Assembly (NCBI GenBank): GCA_028534125.1
Contig: CM052823.1
Coordinates: forward strand, 124,001 to 188,000
DNA length: 64,000 nucleotides
Source of the DNA: Lama glama
Lineage: Eukaryota
Reading direction: 5' to 3'
This document shows, piece by piece, positions 1 through 12,527 of the stretch. Both the position numbers and the translations under genes were made by a program. The notes beneath the pieces were generated by a model. The model saw only the letters and a list, made by a program, of their open reading frames with translations, was not told the origin of the DNA and made no database searches. Position 1 is the first letter of the stretch. Every line of letters starts with the position of its first letter.

Positions 1-749
1 CTGCACTCACCACCCAAGAGCCTGCTGGGGGCCCAGGAGTGCAGGGCCACGACAGCATGGTCGCCAGCCTTGTGGCCACAGCCGCAGGCAAGGACACGGT
101 GGAGGGAGCTATGGACCAAGGTCACCAACCACGCCCACCAACAGGACTTCTCTCCTAAATGCCACCAAGAAATGGCCCCTCCACCTAAACCTGGACTTCA
201 GCAGAACACTGGGAACACCCCTCAGGCATCCACTCAGAGGCTCAGCCTGCAGGGGCCCGCAGGGACCGTAGTCCTGACCAGTCAGCCTCCCAGCCAGCCA
301 CACCCCGCAGCCAAGGTCAATCCAAAGTCACCCAGTGCAAACGAGGACAAGAAAGAGGGAAGCCAGCCAGCGGGCAGCAAGGCCGGGAGCCCAAAGGACC
401 ATAATGCTGGAGGCGACAGAGCGTGTGTGCAGGCACGGCCACGGGGGTGCACATGATGTCATGTCCAACACAAGCAGCAGACACCACACTGGTGAGTGTG
501 AGTCAAAGTAGGACCTGCGACCGCCGCGGCCCCCGTGGCCCCCGCGGCGCGGCCCTCGCTGTCCTGAGGTGACGCCTAGGATGCAAATCCCTCCCCTGCC
601 CGCGTCATGGCTGTTCTGCTTCTTAAGGTCTCCTTGTATGTCACCTTCTGCGACATGCTTGTGTTTTCTCAGGCTCTGAGTTTCTGACTCCGGACCCCAG
701 GAGGCCACCACGCTGCCCCCACCACGGCGCTCCCTCGTCCACTCTCCTT

Positions 750-1120
750 GGCCAACTAGTGGGATCTCCCATGTTCCGCTCTGGCCCCCGAGACGGCCGA
801 GAGCCTCCCAGGGTGAATCCACCCAGCCCTGCACACCAGCCCGAGCTCAGACTCACTCAGGTGTCTCTGCGCGTCCTGGTTACAGCCAAGGCGCATGACT
901 CACTCATCTGACTCCCTGGTCCCTCTTCTCCGCAGCGCCTGCCCCAGGGTTTTGCTCAGTGACCTCCGTCTTTCTCCCAGTGACAGAGAGCTGTCTGCTC
1001 CTGCCGACCCTTCACAGGCTATGATGTCACAGCTGCTCTGCCTGGTCCTCTCGCTGTCTTACAGGGTCTTTTCATGAGCAGGTTTCTAGTCTTGACAGAG
1101 TCTGTCTTATCCGCAGTCTT
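750..1120 (-). mobile_element. Ancient, highly decayed L1 (L1M-type) remnant; probably continues past the RPS27 insertion to about 2380
   Basis: Resembles antisense L1 ORF2/3' sequence (e.g. gtcttttcatgagcaggtttctagtcttgacagagtctgtcttatc, and ttgggattttgactggaattgtactgaacctacaggttgatctg at about 2308-2351). Recognised by eye; boundaries approximate. Confidence 0.45.
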
Positions 1121-1134
1121 CGAAAATCACTCCC

Positions 1135-1479
1135 CCTTTCCAGCGGTGACAACCTCCCCACGGGAACATGCCTCTCGCAAAGCTCCTTCATCCCTCTCCT
1201 GAAGAGAAGAGGAAACGCAAGAAGCAGCGCCTGGTGCAGAGCCCCAGCTCCTGTTTCATGGGTGTGAAACGCCCAGGACGCTGTACAGTCACCACCGTCT
1301 TTAGCCATGTACAAACAGTAGCTTCGTGTGTTGGCTGCTCTGCTGTCCTCTGCAGCCTACAGGAGTTACAGAAGGATGCTCCTTCAGACGGACGCAGCAC
1401 TAAAAGCATCCTGTGTCAAGATGGATGGGAAACCAGCCCAATAAACACATTTTGGATTAAAAAAAAAAAAGAAAGAAAA
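1135..1479 (+). pseudogene. RPS27: RPS27 (ribosomal protein eS27) processed pseudogene, full length
   Basis: ATG at 1168 reads [62 protein letters not shown], matching RPS27 ([40 protein letters not shown]...). It is intronless with a 5' TOP-like CCTTTCC at 1135. A frameshift follows VLC; the ancestral end [14 protein letters not shown] (stop 1401-1403) is in another frame. AATAAA at 1440-1445, A-tail at 1459-1479, and an exact direct repeat GAAAATCACTCCC at 1122-1134 and 1480-1492. Confidence 0.95.
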
Positions 1480-1924
1480 GAAAATCACTCCCAAGAGCAG
1501 CATGGAGTCCTTACCTCCTGCAGCGCTGTCTCTGCATCCTGGGGTGAACCCTGTGGTCCGGAGTCGCGTCCTCACGTGGACACGGTGACACACACTCACG
1601 CAGGGCAGCCCTCACTGCCCGGGGCCAGACTCCTGTGCACGTGGACCCACAACGCCCCCACCCCCATCTGTCCCATGAGTCCGGGGGGAGGGTGGGCAAG
1701 GTCTCAGCCCATGTCAGGCCTGTAAAGCTGACATGTCACAGGAAGGAGACTGAAGTTGCTGACCAGGGCAGTGGGGTGGGGGGGGGGTGTCGGAGGTGGC
1801 AGTCTGTGTGAGGACTGAAGTCCAGGGCGGACTTTCCCCACAGCCTCCTGCCTGCCCACGCCTGATCTCAGCCTGGCGAGACCCCAACTTAGACCTGCAG
1901 GGTTCAGTACAGGAACACAACTTC

Positions 1925-2121
1925 TTCTCTCTTTCTTTTTTTTTTTTTAACATTTTTATTGATTTATAATCATTTTACAACGTTGTCAAATTCCAGTGTA
2001 GAGCACAATTTCTCAGTCATACATGAACATACATACATTTATTGTCACATTTTTTCCTCTGTGAGCAACCTAAGATCTTGTGTATATTTCCCTGTGCTGT
2101 ACAGTACAATCTTGTTTATCC
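1925..2121 (-). mobile_element. 5'-truncated cetartiodactyl L1 3' end with poly(A) tail
   Basis: Poly(T) on + at about 1936-1948. The minus strand reads gataaacaagattgtactgtacagcacagggaaatatacacaagatc...aaatcaataaaaatgttaaaaaaa, typical of artiodactyl L1 3' UTRs. A degenerate flanking repeat acaggaacacaacttc (1909-1924) / acagcgaaacaacttc (2122-2137) matches at 13/16. Confidence 0.8.
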
Positions 2122-3814
2122 ACAGCGAAACAACTTCCGCACTTCTCCAGCCACTGACTGTGGGGACAGTGCGGGCCCAGGCCTGCCGCCTGTCGCCTCG
2201 GGAGGCCCCTGCTCCTCTGCGGCCACTGCTTCCCATGGGCTTGGCCTCTCAGGCCGGTGCCACCTCGTGCACTTTGGAATCACCAGCTGAACTCCCACAG
2301 ACATGCTTGGGATTTTGACTGGAATTGTACTGAACCTACAGGTTGATCTGAGAAGTGACAGCTCCATGATGCTGAGTTTCTGAAAGTCAGGTTCCCGAGG
2401 GCCAGTGGCCGTCTCAGCTCCACAGAGTCCACAGAAGGCAGAGTTTTAGGTGGACTCATTTCCAGGATGAGGTTTCTGTCCAGCAGTCAGGAGGATGGCT
2501 GAGGGCATAGCAGGGAGGGGTCCAGAAGTGGCGTCAAACACTCCAAGGGCTGCAGGCAGAGGGCCAGGGTCCCGGTGCCCTGGACCCCAACTGGGACCAG
2601 CAGGGAGCCCTTAAGAGGAGCTGGGAAGGGGAGCCAGGGGCGTGGAGGGAACGGCTCTGGCCAGGAGGGGTGGGCATGGGCCCAGGGGCTCTCTGGGGCC
2701 AGCCCCATGAGGAGAGGATCAGGGATGCGCTCCTGAGGCCAAGGACAGTGCAGAAGCTCCACAGGGGTGTCCTCTGCTCCAACCCTTGGACAAAGGAGGG
2801 CCAGACTGGCCAAGTCGGGCTGGCGCCTGAGCTGGTGCCTGGGTGCGAGCCATCACACTCCCAGGCAGCCAGGAAAAGCCGGTGAGGGAAGGCTGGGGGT
2901 GGGCGGGGGCTGGAAGTCGCCTCTGGCCTGAGCAGTAGGTGGCTGACGGGCTCCTTCGCCTGTTCAGCAGCTGGTAGGGGTTCGACTGACCTGGTAAGAG
3001 GGGAGCCTGGCCAGGGAGGCAGGGCTGAGGCTGCCTGTGTCTGCTGGGGTCAGGGGTGGGCGCTGGGACTCCCAGCCTCCTGGGATGGAGAGGGGCCTGT
3101 TCTGGCAGGCTGGGGACACATCCCCTGGACACAGATGGCTCTTTGTCAGAGCAGAGCCCAGCTCCCCAGGCAGGCTAGGGAACAAAGCCCCCTCTGTACA
3201 CAGTGGCCTCCCCCTCCCCCTCAGGGTGCCACCCCAGGAAAGGAGAAACCGTCCCCACTCCAGGCTCCCATCAGGTGACCCTGCCTCCCACCACACCCCC
3301 TCCCAAGCACAGGCATGGCCCAGGCAGGGTGTGAGGGTGTCGGGATGAAGGGTCCAGGGGGTATCCAGGGCCATCTCCTCCCCGAGGGCCCTGGCTGAGC
3401 CCACCCTAAGCTGCAGGCCATGCCTGTCCCTCCAGCATCCAGGCAGCCCTGGACCAGCCCAGCCTCAGCCACCACTGCCCCTGGCCTGAAGGCAGCACCC
3501 CCCAAAAGGGGGCAGAGGGACAGCCAGGAGCCTCACCCCTGCAAGGAGGTCTCCACATCTTATTTCTGGGTCCTCTCTGGATCCTGAATGCCCGCAGCCA
3601 CCCCAATGGGCCTGTCATGGTCTCCTCAGAGGGGATAGCCCAGGCCTGCCCCCAGTACTGCAGGCCAAGTGGGACCAGCCCCAGGGCCCAGAGTGAGCAC
3701 ACTGGGCTGTGAGTCTGTGTTACCTCAGCAGCCACCCAGCCCTGGAATCTGTCCCTCAGGGCCCAGCCAGGCTGAGCAGGCTCGGTGCCCCGAGGAAGGA
3801 TGCGCTGCCGGCCC

Positions 3815-6800
3815 TCAGCGTCCAGGCGGTGGGATCCAGATGAGGCCAGGCAGGGTTCCCACCAGTCTGGCCAGCTCCTGCCGACACTGACCTTGTAGCT
3901 GGCCCAGCACCACCTCCAGGCAGGCCTCCCGGCTCCTTAGAACCTCAATCACCTCAGTGGCCTGCAGGCCCCGGCCCTCAGGGGCCCCAGCCTCAGTCCT
4001 CACCAGCCGGTGGGGCCCATGGGGCTGGGCCAGGCCCCCTCCTCGCTCCCAGGCCCACTGCAGAGCCACCAGGTCCTGTCTCACGGCCTCCTGCAAGGCC
4101 CGCCTTGAGGCGCTCCACTCCGGCCCGTGGCCTCCAACCTGCACAGAAGACGTCGCAAGTGAGCCCAGGGCGGCCAGCCCCACCCAGGACACTGGCTCCA
4201 GGCACCCCTGGCTCTCAGAGCCCTGACACCACCCCAGCAGTCCTGCAGCCCCTACCAGGGCCTCGAGGAGGGCTGACAGCCCAGATTCCACTGCTCCCAG
4301 GGAGGAGGGACTAACCCCAGTGCCAGCTCAAAGGCCTGGCCCCTCCAGGCTCTGCATCACCCTCACCCAGCACATCAGCCTGAGCCAGAGGCTGTGAGGT
4401 TCCAGGGACAGGGCCTGAGCCCTCAGGGCCGCCCAGCTGCAGGCCCAGCTCTTTCACCGGGTACTGCGAGGGGAGTGGGCCCGGCTGCTCCCAGCAGACC
4501 TGTTCAGAGCCCAGAGGGCAGACCCTCGGGACAGCCCCAACCCTCTCCTTCCCCGACTCCAGGGCCAGCCTCCCACCACCCACCTACCCATCCTCTGCTG
4601 TATCCACATTCCCCCTTTGCACTTCCCTCCCGGAGGGGCGGCACGGAGTGGGCCTGGCCCAAGGGGACGCAAGGCTGAGGGGACACTGGGCCGAGGGCAC
4701 AGCTGGTGAGGCCACTCCAGTCCTTAGGGCAGAACCCACCCCGGAGACCCTGCAGGCAGCTGGGAGTACAGACAGGCTGTGCCCTCTGTGTCCCCAGGAG
4801 CTGCCTGGACCCCACCCCTCAGTGGGCACTGCTCCAAGGTTCCCAAGAAGGAAGCATCAGAAGCCCTGAGCCCTGACAAGCAGCAGTGTCACTTTCTGCA
4901 AGAAACTGCCTGCAAACATCCACAGTGCCCGAGCTGTCACTGCCCAAGAGGAGAGGGGCTCCAACTTGGCCCAGCCAGAGGGGACCTGGCCACGCATGCC
5001 CTGAAGAGCTGCGGCTGCAAGGCCCAAGGAAATACCCTTGCTGTCCAGGGGCGCGTGGAAGACTTTAAGGGGAAAATCATGCCTGCAGTTTAAGACGCTT
5101 CAGAAAAAAGAAAGGAGATGCAGTGCCTGGGGCCCACCATTCACAGCCACAAACACAGGTGCTCACCCAGTCCTGCTCATGGAGAGAGGCTGGGGGGGCC
5201 CACGTGTCCACTAGCAGGTCAAACGGGTCGTAGGGCCTGGGCAAAGTTGGGGGACAACACCATCATGGCCCTGGGAGAACGAACACCCTCCAAGAGGGTG
5301 GGTGGGGCCTGGAGTGGCTGGGGTGGGGCAGCGGGGGCTCCTCCCCTGCACCCTCTGGCCCGGGGTCTGGCACGTGAGTGCACCTCTTCTAGGCTGTCAA
5401 ATGCACCCCGGAGCAGCACCCCAAGCCCTCACCCTGGCCTCCCAGGCCGCCCACCGGGTCTCCGCCACTCCCTGCAGCTCCTCCTGCAGAGCCTGCAGCT
5501 CCCGCACCACCAGCTCCAACTCTGCAGCCCCCTGCGCGGGGATCTTGGGCAGAAACGTGGGCTGTGAGGCCTCCGGGGGGCAGGCGCCCAGGACTGTGTC
5601 CTGCAGAGAGAGACCCCAGGGAGAGAGTGGGCGGCAGGCCCAGCTCCCCAGCCAGCAGGTACAGCAGCCACCCCTCCCCCAGGTCTGGGTCACAGTGAGC
5701 TGACATCAACCATCACCCGCCACAGGCCGGGAGGCTGAAACCCCTGTGAAGTCTGGGCCTCCTCAGCACTGGGAAGGGTGGGTGATGGGACAGACGGACA
5801 TCTGGAAAGAGTCCAAGATTCAAAGCCAACAGGCCTAGTGTAAAGTCGGCTTCATGGCTGGGTTTGGGGCGCTTCCTTGAGACTCCTCTTCAGGTCTGGA
5901 AAATGGAAAGCCGCCCTCCACCACCCAGAGTTGCTGTGGTCAGACCAGGAAAGTGGACAGGAAGGGAGGTGGGTGGCATGGGCTTCCTGACCATCCACTG
6001 CCAGAAGACCAGCTCCCGGCGCCGCCACTCCAGGGCCGCCTCCAGGCGCACATTCTCACGCTCCAGCCTCTGCAGCAGCTGGAACACAAACCATCAGGGG
6101 AGAAAGAAGCCTGCCGGCTTCACACTCCCAGCACCAGGACCATGCCTGCCACCCTCTGGCCTCGGAGCCCAGTCGCCCCAGTCACCCCACCCACTCAGCC
6201 CACCCGCTGGCCGAGCAACCTCCTTTAGGGGCAGAGCAGCCTCTCCTCCAGGCACGACCAGGTCTCAGACCACACCAATGGGCCCCTTGCCAGCCCCCAC
6301 CACCAGGCCTGCGGGGTCAGGGACTGAGTCCAGGTACCCCCTCCTTCGGGACCTCCACCCCACATCCCTCGCTGGCTGGTGGCTGCACCCTGGAGGCCTC
6401 AGGCATATGGGGCGGCCCCAGACAGAGGAGACTACTGGGCTCTGGAAATCGCTACCCGGTAACCTCGTGAACCCCAAAGGCAGGGCAGAGGCTGTGAGGT
6501 GCCCATCTCGGAGGTGACGGAGGATGGGCAGGGTGGAGACCGCAGCCGCACAGCACTCGACAGGGCGGGGAGCTCTGCCCAGCTCCCCACCCTACCCCCG
6601 TGGCAAGCACAGCCCTGCACCCTCCGACCCTGCATCAACGCGCATGCGCTCGAGCAGCCCGCAGGGTCCAGTGTTCCCACGTGCCTGCACACAGCGGCGT
6701 GCTGCCGCACCGCCGGCCCGGCCTCAACCTTGGGAAGCCTGGCAGCCGCGAGGGGCCCTGCCCACCACACAGCCAAGGCCCACGCGGCCCACCCCGGGGA

Positions 6801-9800
6801 GGGCAGTTCAGCCTCTCAGCGCCCGCCCGCCTCCTGTCCCACCGGGAAGGCCCAGGCCAGCCCCCGCCGTGGCTCCTTTCTGAAGACAGCAGCCGGCACA
6901 ACGACCCGGCCTTCCACACGGCTCCTTCTATTGGAGAGAGCCCCAGACAAACGGCCAGCACGCGGCGGCTGCCCTGTCGGCAGACGAGCTCTGTCAGGCC
7001 GCCACTTGCACAGGGCCGGTGCATGTGCTCTCGGCCATGTGCACCTAGGACCCAGAGTCTCCCCTGGCCGGGGGGGTGGGGGGACCCTGCTTGGCTCCCC
7101 AATCCTGCCCCACCCCTGGCTCCACAAGGAACCCAGAGTGCTGGCCAGGCAGCCAGGGGCCTGCCACAGCTAGAACGTGGGGGGCTCCCAGGCCGGGGGT
7201 CGGGATAGGGGCGGCTGTGAACACCAGGCCAAGACCCAGCCCGTGGCGAGTGAAGGAGGGCAGAGGCAGGCCTGCAGGAGAACCGCCCTGCGGCCTGGGG
7301 GAGCACAGAGCCCAGAAGGGCTGTGGGCCATGGAAGGTGGCTGCCCATACCTCACACCTACACACACCTGCTGGCCAGTGAGAAGAGCAGCTAATTTGGT
7401 TTCCAAGAACAGTCCCAGAGGGTGCCCCCCACCCCACCCCACCCAGGTCATGGAAAAGGGGACAGGCATTCAGGCCCCCTGCACCACCCCCACCTGTGGG
7501 CTGGCCCCCAATTCTGGAGTCTCCGGAGGCAGCCTCCTCCCCATCTCACCCACACTGCCTAGGATGGGGGCAGGGAGGAGGCACAGGGATGTGAGAAGGC
7601 TGCAGGCCCAGCCAGTAACCAAGGACGCTGCCCAGCCACTCCACAGCACGTCTGGCTGCTCACAGAGGAACTAGAGATCATTCCAGAAGCTTCTGGGGCC
7701 CATCCCAAGAGCGCAGACCCTTCACGTAGGCTGATCCAGGCTTCCACCAGCTCCCTATCCAGATACATTGGAAGGAAGCCAACCACGGCCCCCATGCACC
7801 TGGCCACGCCATCTTCAGTCCTGTGGCACCAGCGTGCACCAGCCTCTAGGAGGAGGGGGAAGCCACACCCACACGGCCCCACCATCCCCTCAGAGGCTAG
7901 GGTCCCAGGCAGCACCAGGCGGGAACTGGCCTGCCCTCTGCTCCATCCAACCAGGGGAACCAGAGGCAGGAAGCCCGGGCTTCGCTGAGTCACCCCTAAA
8001 AGGCGACTGAGCCAAGGGCATCTCAGTACACCCAGCTGCTGCCTCAGCTCCTCCAGTGCCAAGCACAGGATGCCCAGGAGGGACAGCCAGGCATCACCCA
8101 GGAACCTGGGCCGGGCAGGTGACCTGTGGGAGCCGCCCTGACCCCACAAAGGGGATGCAGATTCCCCAGGAGTACGCGGCTTTACAGCTGGGATCTGCTC
8201 GGTCTGGAAGGAGGGGCCACACCCAGTCCTGAGCCTCAGCCGTTCTGCCTGACCAAGTCTCCCTAGACCGCGCAGTGCCAAGCCTCACACTCTGGACAGG
8301 CCAGACCCCAGCCCTCACGTAATGACCAGCCCTGAGCCAGTCCCAGGACCCCCTGGCCATGACGGCCCAAGGGAGGGAAACAATGATGATGGATACGGGG
8401 CTCCTGGAAAGAAGGACAGCAGAGGGTAGGGACCCCCCCCCCTTGGGCCCCTGTTCATCACCAGGTGACACCTGCACGGGCTCAAGGCACCAACACCATC
8501 AGCTAGGACCCTTGAGTGGTCTTCCTTAACTCCTAAACTTCCCTCAGCTGGCTGCCAGCACAGCCCAGGTGCCTGCGCTCCTCTCACCCTGACTGTACTC
8601 AGCCATGTGCGCACACACAGCAACCAGTCAACTGCTACAGCCCTGGACAGCCCAGGGGGCAGCAGAGAGCCTGAGGCTGGGCCTGTCACCAACACCGGCA
8701 GATGGTGAGCTCAGCCAACACCAACACCCACAGCTCAAAGCTGGTCCACTGCCTGAGCCCTCCCCCCAGCCCACTTCCCACCTTGGGCAACGCCCACCTT
8801 GGTCCCACCAGCCCTCACCTGCTGGCCACCCTCCGGGTCCCTGAGCAGCTCCGTTTCAGTGACAGACAGGTGGCCAAGGCTACGGTCACTGTGGCAGCCG
8901 CGGGTGTATGAGTGGATCTGAAACAGGTAGCGCAGACCCCAGGCTGAGCGGGGGCGGGCGCCTCCCCCAGCACTAGGCAGGGACCTTACAGACAAGGAAA
9001 CAGGGTTCAGAGAGGGTGAGGCTCAGGAGAATAGTCAGCACCTCTGACAGCCCCCACCCCGTGGCCTCCCCACCAGGTCCCAGGAGTGCAGGAGGGATGG
9101 AGTGGGGCACCCCTGCTTCCTCCTCAGCTCATTGAGTGCCAGGCCCATGTTGGGGAGAGAAACAGCCTCTGGATAGGCTCAGTGGTCCAGTGAGGTGAAT
9201 GGCAGGGACACAGACTATCTGGGTCTGGGGGGCCAGGGAGGGCATCTCAGTGAGGTTGAGGCCTGAAGGCAGCAGGGAGGTCAACAGGTAGGCATGTCCC
9301 AAGCAGGGGGAGTGGCAGGAGCCCAGGTGGGACAAGAGGGAGTGAGGGGTCCCAGGAAAGGCTGGCTGAGCAAAAGACAGGCTGGGGGGTTCTAGCACCA
9401 AAGAGCCCTGTGCCACCTGCCCAGTCACCTCTCAGCCCAGACCATGCAGTGGGCCTGTGGGGGACATCTGTGCCCCACAGGTCAGCTCTACCGGCCTGCA
9501 GGAACCCTGCAGGAGCTGCCCACCACCATGACCCCACACCCAGACGTGGTGGGAGAAGGGGGTGCCCGCCTCCCTATCTCATGTCCAGGCAGCAGCAGCT
9601 CCCCAGGGCCCAGAGTCCACCACGTTGCGCAGTGACACAGAGTATAAGGCTTCTGGTGACATCTGGGGACAGGAAAGCCAACCCTGCAGGCTCCCTGCCC
9701 CTCTGGTTCCCTGCCCCACCGATGCCCAGCAACACCTGCTCTAGGCCCCCTAATGGGGGCCCCTCCAGGACAACCTGGAGCCCTAGGTTCAGGCTCTGGG

Positions 9801-11125
9801 CCACTCCAGGGCAGTGCCCAAATGGTCAGCCCCCAGCCTAGGAAGGCTCACATCCAGCCAAAGGCCGGGCTGCAGCCTGAATTGGGAATGCTAGAAAGCC
9901 ACAGGCAGGAGAGGCAGCCTGCCAGGCTGTAGCACAGAGGACAACTGCCCCGGGTGGACAATGCACAGTGGCACTACCTTGCCCAGGAGGGCACACTGCT
10001 CCTGCTGACTGGCCATCAGCTTTCGCCACCGGAACCGCAGCTTTCCCATCAGCCACTGCAGGTGGCGGATGTCCACACAGCCGTCTGCTTCCACACTGGG
10101 TACAGCTGGGCCTGGGCTGGCCAGGGACTCACACTGGGGAGGGGGCAAGGGTCACGCCCTGCTCCCACACCCCAAGCAGTGACCCCGAAGGGGAAAGAGA
10201 AAGGAGGCCCCTGCGAGTGAGAGCCGTGAGGTCTTGGGAGCTCCAGAAAGAGTCAGGGACAGGCCCTGTGGGCACCACACCTCACCCTGCCCTGCCTCCC
10301 TGCACTCAACGGGCACCAATACCGACCCCCCACAGGGCTGACCCGGGGATCCGGCGCCTGCACCCAAGATTCCGGCCTCACCCTGCACCCACCTCGCACA
10401 CTGGCATCTCGTCGCCCAGCCGCACCCGGCTCTGGGCCAGCAGCTGCTCGAGCGTCGGCCCGCGGGCCAGGAGCCAGGCCAGGGCCAGCAGCAGCTCGCG
10501 GCCGCCCTGGGAGCCGTCGTCAGGGAGCTGTGCCAGCGCGCGCCTAGGGTAGCCCTGGAAGCGCAGCGCTGCCTTCACCGAGCGGGCCTGGGCCTCTGCG
10601 GCAGGAGACGCCAACTCAGGGGGGCCACCGACTGCAGGTGACACCACTCAGACCCTTAAGGGACTCCCGCGCGACCCCAGAGCAGAGGCCACGCTTGGAA
10701 GGCGCAACCAGGGTCACTGGGACTTAACCAGGAGGCGCGGAGGGGTCCGGGCTTCCCGGCGGGTCTGAAAGGGAGGCGGGGGAGTCAGGGCCTCCAGGGC
10801 GCGCCTTGCAGGGAGGCGGGGCTTACCCAGGGCAAGCGAGGGGGAGGCGCCGTCGGCGGGCATCGGCGAGAGCACGCAGAAGAGCAGCCGCCAGAGTGCA
10901 GGGGCCTGCGGGGATCAAAGGGCGACGGTCAGCGGGGCCGGCCGCCTCTCTGCATCCGCCCAGAGCCTCCGCGGGCCTCACCGCCTCCGGACGGTCGAAC
11001 TTGGCGCGGCGAAAGGTCTCGGGGCTGGGCCCGGTAGGCAGCGTCCGAGTGAGCACGGCAATGGCCTCAGGCAGGGCCCGGGCTGCGTCCGCGGGGTCCA
11101 CCCGGCGCCGCCGCCGTCGCCCCAT
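3815..11125 (-). CDS. TEDC1: Tubulin epsilon and delta complex protein 1 (C14orf80), 8 coding exons, 419 aa
   Basis: Exons 11125-10982, 10905-10827, 10595-10393, 10133-9978, 8917-8819, 6078-5992, 5600-5433 and 4138-3815. All are GT-AG and total 1260 nt in frame. Peptides MGRRRRRRVDPADAARALPEAIA...FRRAKFDRPEA, GSQGGRELLLALAWLL, QWLMGKLRFRWR, LERENVRLEAALEWRRRELVFWQWM and LPGLIWIPPPGR* match TEDC1. Synteny with CRIP1 agrees. Confidence 0.95.
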
Positions 11126-11770
11126 GCAGTCCGCACTGGCCTCCCTCGGAACGCGCGCCTACACCGCCGCCGCGTCCCCGCGTCCAATCCCCGCGTGAGC
11201 TGGGTCCCCGCGCCCAATCACTGTATAGGTGCTGCCTCTGCGGGGCTCGCGTCCAATCACCTCGCGGGCCAGGGACACGCCTCTGGCCCCTGTCCAATGA
11301 GCGGTGTCTCCAGCGCTTGAGCGCTGTCTGTTCTGTGCGGAGGCATTTCCGGTGCGTCGGAGACCAATGGGAATTGACAGCTTCGTAGGGTCCGCCCTCG
11401 GCGACTCAATCGCGGCGACACCTGACACGCCTCGTCCAGACCCCACCAATCTGGTCCTCACCTCTCCGCGCGCCACACAGCAGCCTGGCAACCACGGGCG
11501 GGTCAGCGGCCGCGCTGAGGACGCCCCCAGCGGCAGGGAGGGCCGCGCCGCTGGGCGCCACGACCCGCCGGTGCGTCCCTCCGCCTCCGCGAAGCCTTCT
11601 CGGGCCTGGCCACAGGGGACGTCCTCACGCCGCAGCGGGCACCAGGTCGGAGACGCGGGGGCCAGCGCCCGGGTACCGGGTGACGCCCTCCGAAGGCCCA
11701 GTCCCTCAGCGCGGAAGGCTGGCGACTGTCTCCCGCTTCAAACCTGCGTCTGCGGACCCCTCGCCCGGTC
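11126..11770 (-). promoter_or_regulatory. TEDC1 CpG-island promoter with an array of CCAAT (NF-Y) boxes, an ETS site and an RFX half-site
   Basis: CpG-dense sequence. CCAAT at 11184, 11214, 11253, 11294, 11364 and 11446; TTTCCGGT at about 11346-11353; CCTGGCAAC at 11484-11492. Confidence 0.8.
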
Positions 11771-11934
11771 CCTCCTTACCCATCCTCTGTCTGGTCAGCC
11801 CCCATTGTCCCCCACCCCCACGCCGCCTCCCTCTGCCCCTTCCATGCCCGTCCTCTGTCCTGGCCTCCCTCTGTCCTGCACGTTCAGCCTCTCCTTCCTA
11901 CCACTGAAGAGACAGTCTTGGAAGGAACATGGGC

Positions 11935-12432
11935 ACGGACACTTGGGAAAGCAGTTTGGCGATTCTTTCAGAGCTAGACATAAGTTTACTAGGAGACCCA
12001 AGAATGCCTGTGCCAGGAATCTATGAGGACTTAGGTTCATATGCACAGACGTCCATAGCAACTCTGTTCCTAACAGCCAGATGGAGATAGTGGAAAGGCC
12101 ACCGGCCGCGCAGCAGCACTGATGTGCGTTACAGCACCTGTGAGCGCAGATGCGGAAGAAGGCAGATGCAAAACACCAAGTTTTATGTGCCTTTCATCTA
12201 TAGGAAGTGTCCAAAAAAGCAAGTGGACAGAGACGGGCCGGTCAGGGGTGACCTGGAAAGAGACTGGGAAGGGGGAGTGACAGCAAACGGGCACGAGGGA
12301 ATTTTTGTGGGTGTGAAGTGTCTAGAACTGGATTGTGGTGACAGTTGCAGACTCTGTGAACTGGTTAAAAATCATGGACTGTGCATTGGTGGGTTTTACG
12401 GTACGTAAATTATACCTCAGTAAAGCTGTAAA
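11935..12432 (+). mobile_element. Old L1 (L1MB/MC/ME-type) 3' end fragment
   Basis: Contains cacttgggaaagcagtttggcgattc...gaactggattgtggtgacagttgcagactctgtgaac...gtaaattatacctcagtaaagctg, characteristic of L1M 3' UTR termini. Confidence 0.75.
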
Positions 12433-12527
12433 GAGGACAGGGGGAGGGAGAGGAGAGAAGGGAAAGAGAACTGTTAAGAGAAAGAAGCGAGTCCTCCCTG
12501 GAGCCCAAGTTCTCCCCAAGCAACAAT

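Noticed and set aside
1168-1725. 185-aa ORF as a functional protein
   Set aside because: It is the frameshifted RPS27 retrocopy reading through its poly(A) tail and has lost zinc ligands.
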